A stretch of DNA of 64,000 nt from Myxococcales bacterium (GTDB lineage: Bacteria; Myxococcota_A; UBA9042; JABWCM01; BTVJ01): positions 64,001 through 128,000 of the forward strand of contig BTVJ01000011.1 of the NCBI GenBank assembly GCA_045863395.1. Direction: 5' to 3'. A program made the translations under genes and the position numbers. The notes beneath the pieces were generated by a model. The model was not told the origin of the DNA and did no database searches. It saw nothing but the letters and a program-made list of their open reading frames with translations. This document shows positions 46,526 to 56,208 of the stretch, one piece after another (position 1 is the stretch's first letter; each line of letters starts with the position of its first letter).

Positions 46526-47995
46526 TCACCGCCCGCGCCGTGAAGCGCCCACGTCCCTCGCCACCTTCAGGAAGGCCGCCAGGACGACGAAGAACTCCAG
46601 GCGGCCGAGCAGCATGGCCGCGATCTGCACGAGCAGCACCGGCGCCGGCGTGGCGGGGCCCGTGACGCCGACGGAGAGGCCTACCGTGCCCAGCGACGAC
46701 TCCATCTCGAAGAGGCTGTCCTCCAGGCTGAAGCCGTAGCCGGTCATCACTGCGACGCCGGCGACGAGCGCGAGCAGATAGAGGACGAGGAACGACGACG
46801 TGGCGACCACCTGGGGGTCGGACACGCGAACCCGCGCCTCGCCGGCCCAGGCGTCGCGCACCACGACGGCGCCGCGGGGCAGCACGAGGCGCCGCAGCTC
46901 CCAGCCGAGCGAGCGCAGCAGGAGCACGGCCCGGGCCTGCTTGAGCCCGCCGGCCGTGGAGCCCGTGTGGCCGCCTATCACCATCAGCACGAGCATCACG
47001 AGCAGGCCCAGCTTGGGCCACTCCGCATAGCCGACCGTGGAGAAGCCGGTGGTGGTCAGGGCGGAGAGGGTCTCGAAGACGGCGACCCGCGCGGACTTGC
47101 CCAACGTCGGGTACACCGCGGCGACCTGCCACAGCACAAGGCCGATGGCGACCGCAGCCGCGACCACGGTGAACCGCACCTCCACGTTGCGGCCCACGGC
47201 CCGCCAGCGCCGGTGGAGCACGAGCCAGGCCGTCTGGAAGTTGGTGCTGCCGAGGATCATGAGGGGCAGCGAGACCGCCTCGATGGCCGGCGAGTCCCAG
47301 GCGCCGATGCTCTCCGGGCGCGTCGAGAAGCCGCCGGTCGAGACCGCGGCGAAGGCGTGGTTGACGGCGTCGAAGGCGCCCATGCCGCAGGCGATGTAGC
47401 CTGCGATGCCCGCGACGGCGTAGCAGGCGTAGAGGATGAGCACGAGCCGCGCCGACTCGCGCACGTGGGGGACGAGCTGGTCGCTGCGCCCCTCTGCCGC
47501 GGCCAGACCCGGCCCGAGCGGGCCGCCCAGGGTCACGAGCAGGATGATGGCCATGCCAGCGCCGCCGGCGAGCTGCATGACGCTGCGCCAGAGCAGGATG
47601 ACATGGGGCGCCTGGGTCACGTCGACGACCGACAGGCCCGTGGTGGTCCAGGCGCTGACCGCCTCGAACAGCGCCGCGATGGGGCCGAGGCCCTGGAAGC
47701 CGAGGAACGGAATGGCCGAAGCGCTGCACACCACCCACCACGCGACGACGAGGGCGACGCCCCCCTCCTGGAGGGTGAGCGAGACCTCCCCATCGGGGCG
47801 CAGCCAGCGCCACGCCGCCCCGCCGAGGGCGAGCAGGAGCGCGGCCGTCCCGAGGAGGGGCTTTGCCGCGGGCAGCTCCTCGGGCCAGACGACCAGGGCG
47901 AGCAGCGGGGTGAGCGCCAGCGCGCCGGCGAGCAGCAGCACGAGGCCCACGTAGTACGCAATGGCCCGGTAGCTGCCTGCGACGATCCTCCCCAC
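46526..47995 (-). CDS. trkH: TrkH-family K+ uptake membrane subunit
   Basis: Four pore loops: TTTGLS, STGGF, TTTGF, GTVGLS; GSTAGGLK. Confidence 0.93.
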   Translation of the reverse strand: MGRIVAGSYRAIAYYVGLVLLLAGALALTPLLALVVWPEELPAAKPLLGTAALLLALGGAAWRWLRPDGEVSLTLQEGGVALVVAWWVVCSASAIPFLGFQGLGPIAALFEAVSAWTTTGLSVVDVTQAPHVILLWRSVMQLAGGAGMAIILLVTLGGPLGPGLAAAEGRSDQLVPHVRESARLVLILYACYAVAGIAGYIACGMGAFDAVNHAFAAVSTGGFSTRPESIGAWDSPAIEAVSLPLMILGSTNFQTAWLVLHRRWRAVGRNVEVRFTVVAAAVAIGLVLWQVAAVYPTLGKSARVAVFETLSALTTTGFSTVGYAEWPKLGLLVMLVLMVIGGHTGSTAGGLKQARAVLLLRSLGWELRRLVLPRGAVVVRDAWAGEARVRVSDPQVVATSSFLVLYLLALVAGVAVMTGYGFSLEDSLFEMESSLGTVGLSVGVTGPATPAPVLLVQIAAMLLGRLEFFVVLAAFLKVARDVGASRRGR

Positions 47996-47996
47996 G

Positions 47997-48656
47997 TCAC
48001 TTCCCTCCGAGCATCCGCAGCAGGCGGTCGTGGCTCTCGGGCAGGGCGATGACGACGAGGCGGTCCCCCGCGGTCAGGACCGTGGCCCCGTTCGGGACGA
48101 TGGTCGCGTCGCCGCGGACGACGGCCCCGATGAGGGCGCCCGCGGGGAGGCGGGTCTCTGCCAGCGCCATGCCCGCCAGAGGGCTCGCGGTAGGGAGCAC
48201 GACCTCGCTCACGCGGATGCGCCCGTCGGCGACGGGCATGAGGTCTACGAGGTCACCGAAGGCCGAGCGCTGCTCGATGAGGCTCGCCAGGACCGGGATG
48301 GCAGAGAAGGTCGTCTCGATGCCGAGCTTCCTGAAGACGCGCTCATTGTCCGGATCGTTGACCAGCGCCACCACGCGCGGGACCATGAAGCGCCGCAGCG
48401 CGAGCTGGCACACCACCAGGTTGACGTGGTCCTCGGGGGTCAGCGCCAGCACCTGGTCCGCCGACCCGGCCCCCGCCTCGTCCAGCAGGTCCGGGTCGGT
48501 GCCATCACCGGCCAGCACCAGCGCGTCCAGGGCGCGGGCCAGGTGATCGCAGTTCGCTCGGTCCCGGTCGATGATGGTCACGCGGTGCCCCTTGGCGAGC
48601 ATCGTGCGCACCAGGAAGTACACGAGACGCCCTCCACCGACGATGATCAGCCTCAT
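47997..48656 (-). CDS. trkA: TrkA-family RCK protein (N and C domains)
   Basis: IIVGGG, GDGTD, TPEDHVNL, PNGATVL..GDRL. Confidence 0.9.
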   Translation of the reverse strand: MRLIIVGGGRLVYFLVRTMLAKGHRVTIIDRDRANCDHLARALDALVLAGDGTDPDLLDEAGAGSADQVLALTPEDHVNLVVCQLALRRFMVPRVVALVNDPDNERVFRKLGIETTFSAIPVLASLIEQRSAFGDLVDLMPVADGRIRVSEVVLPTASPLAGMALAETRLPAGALIGAVVRGDATIVPNGATVLTAGDRLVVIALPESHDRLLRMLGGK

Positions 48657-49084
48657 GGCACACCTACCTGTCCGCTCGCGGTCAACCGCTCGAAGAGCTC
48701 GGCCGCCGCCAGGGTTGTCGGGCAGACCGTCTGGACCCGCAGCTCCTGGTAGGTCGCCTCCCGCCGCGGGTCGAACACCCGGGCCACCGCTGAGCGGCAG
48801 CCGAGGACCTGCATGGCCGTCTGCGTCACCATGAGGTTGACCGTGTCCAGGCTGGTCGCCGCGATGAGCAGGTCGGCGGTGCCCACCTTCGCCTGCTCCA
48901 GGACGCCCAGCTCGGTGGCGTCCCCCGCGATGGTGAAGCCGCTGAACGTGCGCCCGAGGGTCGAGAAGGCTTCCGGATCTGCATCGACGACGACGACGTT
49001 GTGGCCCGCTGCGCTCAGGCGGGTCGCCACCAGGGACCCGAGCTTCCCGCAGCCGACCACTACGACGTTGAATCTGCTCTTCAT
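48653..49084 (-). CDS. TrkA-N (RCK_N only) protein
   Basis: VVGCGKLG, GDAT, D.VNL, VCPT. Confidence 0.88.
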   Translation of the reverse strand: MKSRFNVVVVGCGKLGSLVATRLSAAGHNVVVVDADPEAFSTLGRTFSGFTIAGDATELGVLEQAKVGTADLLIAATSLDTVNLMVTQTAMQVLGCRSAVARVFDPRREATYQELRVQTVCPTTLAAAELFERLTASGQVGVP

Positions 49085-49755
49085 GGCTCCTCCTCATCGC
49101 CCAGGAGCGGCTGCAGATCGTGGACCTGCCCCGTGCTCCGGCTCAGGTTGGTGCGCGCGGGGGCGAAGGTCGCGTCCAGGGCGACCGCGGCGCGGTACAG
49201 GCTCTGCGCGCGTGAGAACTCGCGCTGGAACTCCAGGATGGCGCCGCAGAGGCACAGGGCGTCGGCGCGCTCCGGGTTCAGCGCGAGGGCTGCGTGCGCC
49301 AGCGCCGTGCCCGCCTCCAGGTGGCCCCGGCGGACGGCGGCGCGGGCGCGCGCCAGCGTGGCGTCGTAGTCGCCGGCGACCTCTCGCGGGGCTCTCAGCG
49401 CGCGGCTCACGACGTCCCGGAGCTGGCTCGGAGTGAAGGGCTTCTGCAGGAGGTCGCGCGCTCCCCGTTTCATGGCAGTGACGGCGGCGTCCACGGTCCC
49501 GTGGGCCGTGATCACCACGACGAGGGCGTCGGGGCGTATGGCTCGTGCTCGCGTCAGGACGTCGAGGCCGTCCAAGTCCGGCAGCTTGAGGTCGAGGAGG
49601 ATCAGATCGTAGGGGCGGCCCTCGACGTGCGCCAGCGCCGCCGCGCCATCCGCTGCCAGCTCGACCGTGTAGCCGGCGTCCTCCAGCGCATCACGCAGGG
49701 TCACGCGGATGTTCCGCTCATCATCGACGATCAGGATGGATTCCTTCGCAGCCAT
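49081..49755 (-). CDS. Response regulator with C-terminal TPR
   Basis: ILIVDDE, LLDLKLP, ITAHG, KPF, then TPR helices. Confidence 0.88.
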   Translation of the reverse strand: MAAKESILIVDDERNIRVTLRDALEDAGYTVELAADGAAALAHVEGRPYDLILLDLKLPDLDGLDVLTRARAIRPDALVVVITAHGTVDAAVTAMKRGARDLLQKPFTPSQLRDVVSRALRAPREVAGDYDATLARARAAVRRGHLEAGTALAHAALALNPERADALCLCGAILEFQREFSRAQSLYRAAVALDATFAPARTNLSRSTGQVHDLQPLLGDEEEP

Positions 49756-49799
49756 GTGCACCTCAGCGCCGGAGTCTCACCCAGCACGATGGGACTGGG

Positions 49800-49814
49800 G
49801 CAAGGGGCGTGCCA
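49800..49814 (-). promoter_or_regulatory. Sigma54 -24/-12 promoter
   Basis: Minus strand reads TGGCACGCCCCTTGC, a consensus match about 45 nt before the RR start. Confidence 0.85.
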
Positions 49815-49890
49815 TTGGCTCAGAGTGCCTCACGGGCTTGTCCGGCGCGGGTTTGCGACGTCTTGGGGCGGGAGGTGCCCCCCCTCCACC

Positions 49891-49923
49891 GTGCTACTCT
49901 GCAATCTCCGTTGCAGAGTGCAA
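49891..49923. promoter_or_regulatory. Putative enhancer (bEBP binding) site
   Basis: actctgcaa-N6-ttgcagagt inverted repeat overlapping TTGCA-N3-TGCAA, about 80-110 nt upstream of the -24 box. Confidence 0.6.
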
Positions 49924-50022
49924 TCCCGGGGGGGGGCCGCTGGGCGCAGCGCTCTTGGCCGACCACGGAGTCGCGTGGGACCGCATGGGTGGTGCCAGAT
50001 CCCGTGCTTCAGATTGCTCCCG

Positions 50023-50706
50023 TCAGCGGTTCGTCTTCGGCTTCTCCTCGAGGGCGAGCAGGTCTGCCTCGCGCCCGATGAGCACGAGCACGTCCGCGTG
50101 TGCGATGACGCGCGACGGCTGGGGCAGGAACTCGAAGCCGTGCGTCTTCGGCTGCTTGATGGCGATGACGAAGACCCCGTGGCGCGCGCGGAGCTGCAGG
50201 TCGATGAGGGAGCGCCCGAGGTAGTGCCCCGGCGGCGTCAGGTCCATGACGCGGTAGTCCTCGGCCAGCGGGATCAGGTCGGTGAGGTTTGGGTTGATCA
50301 TCTGGAGAGCGAGCCGCTCCGCGGTCTCGCGCTCGGGAAACACCACCTGCGACGCCCCCACGGACGTCAGGATCGCCGCGTGGTCCTCGCTCTGCGCCTT
50401 GACGCGGATCGTCCGCACCCCGATGCGCCGCAGGTGCAGGGTCGCGAGGATGCTCGCCTCGATGCCCTGGCCCACGCTGACCACGGCCTCGTCGAACTCG
50501 CTGGAGACCACCGCGGACAGCGCCTGATAGTCGCGCGCGTCCAGGCACAGCGCGCGCTGGACGTCGTCGCTGATCGCGTTGACCCGCGCCATGTCGCGGT
50601 CCATGGCGAGCACCTCGCAGTGGCGCGCCAGGGCGCGGGCGAGGCCGGCCCCAAACTGTCCGAGCCCCAGGACGCAGGCGAGCTTCCTTCGTGGCTTCTG
50701 TTTCAT
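50023..50706 (-). CDS. KtrA/TrkA-family RCK protein
   Basis: VLGLGQFG, EASIL, VVFPERE, LRARHGV.VIAIK. Confidence 0.9.
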   Translation of the reverse strand: MKQKPRRKLACVLGLGQFGAGLARALARHCEVLAMDRDMARVNAISDDVQRALCLDARDYQALSAVVSSEFDEAVVSVGQGIEASILATLHLRRIGVRTIRVKAQSEDHAAILTSVGASQVVFPERETAERLALQMINPNLTDLIPLAEDYRVMDLTPPGHYLGRSLIDLQLRARHGVFVIAIKQPKTHGFEFLPQPSRVIAHADVLVLIGREADLLALEEKPKTNR

Positions 50707-52067
50707 CCGATCATCAATCTCCCGTCGGGGTACTGCACCCCCGGGTCCTTTCGCGTCGTGATCCAGAGGACAACCGTCAGCGGGCCGACGCGCCCGACGA
50801 ACATGGTCGCGATGAGCCACGCCCGCCCGGTGTCGCTCAGGTGGGGCGTGAGGCCCATGGACAAGCCCACGGTGCCGAAGGCAGACACCTGCTCGAAGAG
50901 CACTGAGACGAGGTCCGCGCCAGCCGTCCCGGCCTCCGTCTGGAGCAGGACGAACAGGCCGAGCACGTTCCAGAGCACCGCCAGGTCGAGCAACAGCATC
51001 GAGCGGCGGACAATCTCGCCCGGGATGTGACGCCCCAGCAGCCGCACCTGCTTCTCGCCGCGGACGGCCGCGAGGAAGCGGGCGCCCCAGACTACGAGGG
51101 TCGTGGTCTTGATGCCGCCGGCGCAGGAGCCCGGTGAGCCGCCCACGAACATGAGCCCGATGACCAGCACGAGGGTCGGCACCGGCAGGAGCCCGATGTC
51201 CACCGTGTTGAAGCCCGCGGTGCGCGCCGTGACCGACTGGAAGGCGGCCGCGCCGACCGCGCCTGCGCCAGACTCGTCCGCCGTCAGCCCGAGCACGAGG
51301 ATGGCGGCCGTGCCGCCCGCGATCAGGGCAGCGCTCGTGAGCAGGGCGACCCGCGAGTGCAGGGACAGCGTGGCGAAGCGGCTGCGGCCCCGTGGGTCGG
51401 CGCCGCCTCGCAGCGCGCGCCAGACGTCGCGGAGGACCGGGTGACCGATGCCGCCGAGGATGATGAGTGCCGTGACCGCGCCGACGGCGAGGAGGTCGCT
51501 TCGCAGCCCGACGAGGCTGTCCGGGTACAGCGCGAACCCAGCATTGCAGAACGCCGACACGGAGTGGAACACCGCGGACCACGCGGCGTGCCCCACACCG
51601 AAGCGGGGGACGAGGCCCACGAAGAGCGTGGCGGCGCCGATGGACTCGATGACCAGCACGGTCCGCAGGATCCCCCGGAACGTCTCCCCCAGCTCCCCGG
51701 CGACGTCGCGCTGGACGAGGGCATCCGCCAGGGCCGCGTTGGCCCGCAGCGACAGCCGCCTCCCCATGAGCTGGTAGGCGAGCGCCGCAAAGGTCATCAC
51801 GCCGATCCCGCCCATCTGGATGAGCGCGAGGATCACCACCTGCCCGGCGGGCGTGAAGGCGCTCCCCGTGTCGACGACCACGAGGCCGGTCACGCAGACG
51901 GCGGACGTCGAGGTGAACAGCGCGTCGAGCGGGCCCACGGCGCCGCGGTGGGAGATCGGCAGCCAGAGCAGCAGGGCGCCGGCCCCGATCAGCGCGGCGA
52001 AGCTCCCGGCGAGCAGGCCCTCCGGGGACCGGGGCACGAGCCTGCGAAGCACTGTCGGGGGCTGCAT
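50703..52067 (-). CDS. KtrB/TrkH-family K+ transporter
   Basis: TSAVCVTGL, SAFCNAGF, RTAGF, SAFGTVGLS, MFVGRVGPL. Confidence 0.93.
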   Translation of the reverse strand: MQPPTVLRRLVPRSPEGLLAGSFAALIGAGALLLWLPISHRGAVGPLDALFTSTSAVCVTGLVVVDTGSAFTPAGQVVILALIQMGGIGVMTFAALAYQLMGRRLSLRANAALADALVQRDVAGELGETFRGILRTVLVIESIGAATLFVGLVPRFGVGHAAWSAVFHSVSAFCNAGFALYPDSLVGLRSDLLAVGAVTALIILGGIGHPVLRDVWRALRGGADPRGRSRFATLSLHSRVALLTSAALIAGGTAAILVLGLTADESGAGAVGAAAFQSVTARTAGFNTVDIGLLPVPTLVLVIGLMFVGGSPGSCAGGIKTTTLVVWGARFLAAVRGEKQVRLLGRHIPGEIVRRSMLLLDLAVLWNVLGLFVLLQTEAGTAGADLVSVLFEQVSAFGTVGLSMGLTPHLSDTGRAWLIATMFVGRVGPLTVVLWITTRKDPGVQYPDGRLMIG

Positions 52068-52130
52068 CCTCACCGGCCTCCGCGCGCGGCCGCCGAGACC
52101 GAGGCGGGCCCCACGCGCGGTCCGCAGACA

Positions 52131-52146
52131 AGCACGCCTCGTGCCA
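52131..52146 (-). promoter_or_regulatory. Sigma54 -24/-12 promoter
   Basis: Minus strand reads TGGCACGAGGCGTGCT with correct GG/GC spacing. Confidence 0.7.
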
Positions 52147-52244
52147 CGCGGCACGGGCCGCCGGCTCTGGGCAGAACCACGCCGCGCGCCGGGCGGTTCG
52201 CTGGCGCGCGACCCAGAGAGCCGTGCGGTGGTGCGCCTTCGGTC

Positions 52245-52276
52245 GTGCACTTCGCAACGCGCCTTTCACAATGCAC
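52245..52276. promoter_or_regulatory. Second putative enhancer site
   Basis: gtgcacttcgcaa-N6-tttcacaatgcac, same layout as 49891-49923. Confidence 0.5.
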
Positions 52277-52345
52277 GGCGCCCTGGCGCATCCGCTCCCG
52301 GCGCTCGCCCTGCACCGCCCAAGTCCTCGGGATATCGTGGCCACC

Positions 52346-53905
52346 ATGAGGTTCTTCAATACGGCGGGGCCCTGCACCGAGGGCTTGCACTACATGCTCC
52401 CGCCGCTTGATCGCATCCCCGAGGCCCGCGGGCTCGTGGACCGGGGGGCGTACCTCGTCATCCACGCGCCGCGCCAGTCGGGGAAGACCACGGCCCTCCG
52501 GGCGCTCGCGAAGGCGCTCACGGAGGAGGGGCGCTACGCGGCGCTCGCCTTCTCGTGTGAGCTGGCCGCCGTCGCCGGAGACGACTACGCGACGGCGCAG
52601 GCAGGCATCCTCGACGCGATCCGCATCACGGCCCGCGGCGACCTGCCACCGGACCTTCAGCCCCCCGCTTGGCCCGCGGCGAGCCCGCTGGCGCAGTTGC
52701 TGGCCGGGCTGTCCGAGTGGGCGCGCACCTGCCCGAGGCCGCTGGTGTTGCTCGTCGACGAGATCGACGCGCTCCGCGGCGACAGCCTCCGCTCGGTGTT
52801 GAACCAGCTCCGAGCGGGCTTCAGCTCGCGGGGACGCGGTTTTCCCTGGTCCGTGGTGCTCTGCGGTCTGCGCGACGTCCGCGATTACCGCGCCGCGGCC
52901 GGCGCAGACCCGGACCGCATCGGGTCCTCGAGCCCCTTCAACGTGAAGACCGAGTCCTTGCGCCTCGGGCGCTTCAACCGAGACGAGGTCGCGGCGCTCT
53001 ATGCCCAGCACACGGCCGAGACGGGCCAGCCCTTCGCCGCCGGCGCCGTCGACCGTGCCATGGACCTCACCGGCGGTCAGCCCTGGCTCGTCAGCGCCCT
53101 GGCTCGCGAAATTGTCGAGAAGATCGGAGTCCCGGTGACCGAGCCCGTGACCGTCGCCCACTGCGAGCAGGCCAAGGAGCAGCTCATCCTCGCTCGGCAG
53201 ACCCACCTCGACTCCCTGGTCGCCCGGCTCCAGGAGCCGCGGGTGCGGCGCATCGTGGGGCCGCTCCTCTCGGGAGACGTCATCGGCGGCGACGAGTACG
53301 ACGACGACGCGGCCTTCGTGCGCGACCTCGGGCTGGTGGTGGACAAGCCCCTGCGCATCGCCAACCCGATCTACCGCGAGGTCATCGTCCGCGTGCTCGC
53401 CGGCGCGGCCGACGCCAACATCCAGCTCCCCGACCGGCCCTGGGTGGACGCAACCGGCCGCCTCGACGTGCGGGTGCTGCTCGACGCCTTCGCGGACTTC
53501 TGGCGGGAGCAGGGCGCCGCTGTCGCACCCAAGATGCCCTACCACGAGGTCGCCGCTCAGCTCGTGCTGTCCGCGTGGCTCCAGCGCGTCGTCAACGGGG
53601 GCGGCTTCGTGGACCGGGAGTACGGGGTCGGCATGAAGCGCATCGACGTGCTCGTGCGGTGGCCCCAGCCGAGCGGCTGGCAGCGCGAGGCCCTGGAGCT
53701 CAGAATGCGCCGCGCGGGCGAGGCGGACCCCACACCGGAGGGGCTCCGTCAGATCGAGGGCTACCTGTCATCGCTCGGCCTGGACCACGGCTGGCTCGTC
53801 GTCTTCGACCGCCGCCCGGACGCCCCGCCAGTCGCCGAGCGCACCCGCTTCGACGAGGCGCTGACCCCCACCCGCGGCCTGGCCGTCACCATCCTGCATG
53901 CGTGA
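52346..53905 (+). CDS. P-loop AAA-like ATPase with C-terminal PD-(D/E)XK-like domain
   Basis: FFNTAGP, APRQSGKTT, LLVDEID, SPFNVK, GGQPWLV, REY..G..RIDV...ALELR. Confidence 0.85.
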   Translation: MRFFNTAGPCTEGLHYMLPPLDRIPEARGLVDRGAYLVIHAPRQSGKTTALRALAKALTEEGRYAALAFSCELAAVAGDDYATAQAGILDAIRITARGDLPPDLQPPAWPAASPLAQLLAGLSEWARTCPRPLVLLVDEIDALRGDSLRSVLNQLRAGFSSRGRGFPWSVVLCGLRDVRDYRAAAGADPDRIGSSSPFNVKTESLRLGRFNRDEVAALYAQHTAETGQPFAAGAVDRAMDLTGGQPWLVSALAREIVEKIGVPVTEPVTVAHCEQAKEQLILARQTHLDSLVARLQEPRVRRIVGPLLSGDVIGGDEYDDDAAFVRDLGLVVDKPLRIANPIYREVIVRVLAGAADANIQLPDRPWVDATGRLDVRVLLDAFADFWREQGAAVAPKMPYHEVAAQLVLSAWLQRVVNGGGFVDREYGVGMKRIDVLVRWPQPSGWQREALELRMRRAGEADPTPEGLRQIEGYLSSLGLDHGWLVVFDRRPDAPPVAERTRFDEALTPTRGLAVTILHA

Positions 53906-54045
53906 GCCCGTCGCATGGGCGCGGCGTGTCCCTGTGGTGAAGCCACGACAGGGTGCCCCCCACATCTCCGCGGGCGCACCGGACCTGGGTGCGGTGACTG
54001 TCGGAGTGGCGCTGGCGCCCGGCGGCAACCCGGTGCCGGCACCTC

Positions 54046-55647
54046 TCATGTCTCCTCCTTCGTCTGCAGCACCATGATCCCCTCCTCCATCTGCAGGAGC
54101 TCCGTGTCGCTGTCTTTGACGCGGTACACCGTGAACACGGGCTTGTTGTCTACATAGGCGTGGCTCAGCGCCGTCTGGTCCTGGCCGTTCTTGCCGAAGA
54201 GCACCTGGTTGCCCTGACTCTCCAGCGGCATCTGCACCGAGGCGCCCCAGTCGAGGAACTGCACGATCTCGGCCTCGTGGAGGTGGAGCGCCAAGAGGAC
54301 GCGAGAGTCTCTGTAGGCAGGCGCGTAGACGTGGCCTGGCAGGAAGATGGGCTGGAAGGGGGCCTTCACCACGCAGTCCCAGAGCGGGACGCGCACCTTG
54401 TAGCTCTGGACCGAGGTGTCAGCGTCCTCCTCGAAGGACCAGGTGCGGTCGCCTTCGTCTCCGACCTCACAGACGACCTTGCCCTCCACGTGGAGCGGCC
54501 ACCGTGGCGACACATAGGGCGGTAGCCGTGGCACCGGGTCGGACTTGCCCTCCCAGACCGCGGTCAGCTCGGCCTTGTAGCGCCGCCCGTCCGTCATCCA
54601 GTCGCGCTCCAGCAGGTCGTCGGCGGCCTCGGCCTCGAGGGACACGTGGGCCACCCGCCACGCCTCCCCTTGTGGCAGGAGGGCCGACGCGTAGAGCTCC
54701 CCTTGGAGCTGGGCCGCGGTCCCAGGCCACCAGGGCACGGTGGGGAAGGTGCTGAACCGCACCTCCAGCTCCGCGGGCCGCACGCCGAGCCGGCTCTCCT
54801 CCAGGGTCTGGCGCGCGTCAGCGTCAGCGGGCACCGGAGAGCGCATCACGTGATCGTGGCTGATGCCCGCCACTGCCTGCTCCTGCGCCAGCTCCACGGT
54901 CGCTGGCGACTCGGCGTAGGAGTTGAGCACCCGCGCCGCGTGGCGCCGCACGGCCGGGAGCCGCACCGACAGCGCCGCTACCTCCGTGGAGCGGAGCTTC
55001 GACGGCGACCCTCCGTCCGGCTTCGCGCCGGTGAGCGCCAGCTTCCCCGCGGCGTAGTCCCAGGTCAGCACGCCGGCGTGGGTGTCTGCGTACCAGGCGA
55101 GCAGGTCGTAGAAGCTCGCCCGCTGCCCGCCGAGCGGCAGGAACACGTGGGGACGCTGCTCCGTGGCGGCGTCCAGGGTCGCCTCGAAGGCAATGTCGCC
55201 CGCCACCTGTGCCTCCAACACGTCGGCCACGCTCTGCTCTGCCGCGAGCACCAGGGGGCGGTGCTGGGTCCACAGGACCCGTGGGGCGTCGGCGAAGTGC
55301 ACGGTGTACTCCCGGAGCCACACCTTGGGGCCCGACGGGGTCGAGTGGCTGGTCTCCCCCACCGCCTTGTCCGTCACGAGGGCGCGAACGGTGAGCGCCT
55401 CCGGGGTGGTCGAGGTCGTCGGCAACCCCCCCGTGACGGTCAGGTCGATGGTCGCCAGATCCTGCGTCGTGAAGGGGCCGATCAGGGCGTCATCTTCCTG
55501 GTCCGCGAGGATGCCGAAGGTGAGCGTCCCCTCGAAGCCCCACGGGTCGAGGCGCAGGGTGCAGGCGCGGACGGTGCCTCCGGGCACCTCGTGGGTGGTG
55601 CTGCCGATGGTCAGCGTGGCGGAGATGCACAGCCTGTCCGTGAACAT
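54046..55647 (-). CDS. Second VgrG gp27/OB-fold hub paralog, no extension
   Basis: Collinear with 37125-39050 (REYTVHF.D, SFYDLL, VEGKVVC, VPLW, PLE.QGN..LFGKN, YVD.KPV, LQMEEG). Confidence 0.75.
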   Translation of the reverse strand: MFTDRLCISATLTIGSTTHEVPGGTVRACTLRLDPWGFEGTLTFGILADQEDDALIGPFTTQDLATIDLTVTGGLPTTSTTPEALTVRALVTDKAVGETSHSTPSGPKVWLREYTVHFADAPRVLWTQHRPLVLAAEQSVADVLEAQVAGDIAFEATLDAATEQRPHVFLPLGGQRASFYDLLAWYADTHAGVLTWDYAAGKLALTGAKPDGGSPSKLRSTEVAALSVRLPAVRRHAARVLNSYAESPATVELAQEQAVAGISHDHVMRSPVPADADARQTLEESRLGVRPAELEVRFSTFPTVPWWPGTAAQLQGELYASALLPQGEAWRVAHVSLEAEAADDLLERDWMTDGRRYKAELTAVWEGKSDPVPRLPPYVSPRWPLHVEGKVVCEVGDEGDRTWSFEEDADTSVQSYKVRVPLWDCVVKAPFQPIFLPGHVYAPAYRDSRVLLALHLHEAEIVQFLDWGASVQMPLESQGNQVLFGKNGQDQTALSHAYVDNKPVFTVYRVKDSDTELLQMEEGIMVLQTKEET

Positions 55648-55782
55648 GGGAGCACCCGTCGGTTGCGGTTCCAGGGGACGCATCCTACCCGGACCGCGGC
55701 GGGCCGTCGACCCTGCGGGCGGTCGCGGAGCGCGTGACGCTCTTGCGTGGGGGCGCTATGCTCCGCGAGCATGGAGGCGCCT

Positions 55783-56205
55783 GTGAGCGAAGAGGTCCGA
55801 GCCGTCCGCATCGAGGTGCGCAACGACCTGCGCGACGTGCGCCGTGCGCGGGAGGCCATCTGCGCACGCTGCGCGGCGTGGGGAGCCTCGGGCGCGGTGT
55901 GCCACGCGGTGGGCCTGGCCAGCGACGAGCTGCTCGCGAACGTCGTGACCCACGCGTGGCCAGGCGGCGACCACGTTGCGCTGGTCGACCTCCAGACGGA
56001 CGGTGAGATGCTGACCCTCGTGATCAGCGACGATGGCCGCCCCTTCGACCCGACGGGGGTACCGCGTCCAGACCTCGCGGCTCCCCTGGAGGCGCGCCCG
56101 GTGGGGGGCCTCGGTGTGCACCTGGTCCGCGAGCTGATGGACCGATTCACCTACGAGCGGCGCGACGGGCGCAACGTCGTGACGCTCGCCAAAGCGCTGG
56201 AGTAG
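55783..56205 (+). CDS. RsbW-like anti-sigma factor kinase (HATPase_c)
   Basis: DELLANVVTHA, DDGRPFDP, GGLGVHLVRELMD, RNVVTL. Confidence 0.9.
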   Translation: MSEEVRAVRIEVRNDLRDVRRAREAICARCAAWGASGAVCHAVGLASDELLANVVTHAWPGGDHVALVDLQTDGEMLTLVISDDGRPFDPTGVPRPDLAAPLEARPVGGLGVHLVRELMDRFTYERRDGRNVVTLAKALE

Positions 56206-56208
56206 CCC

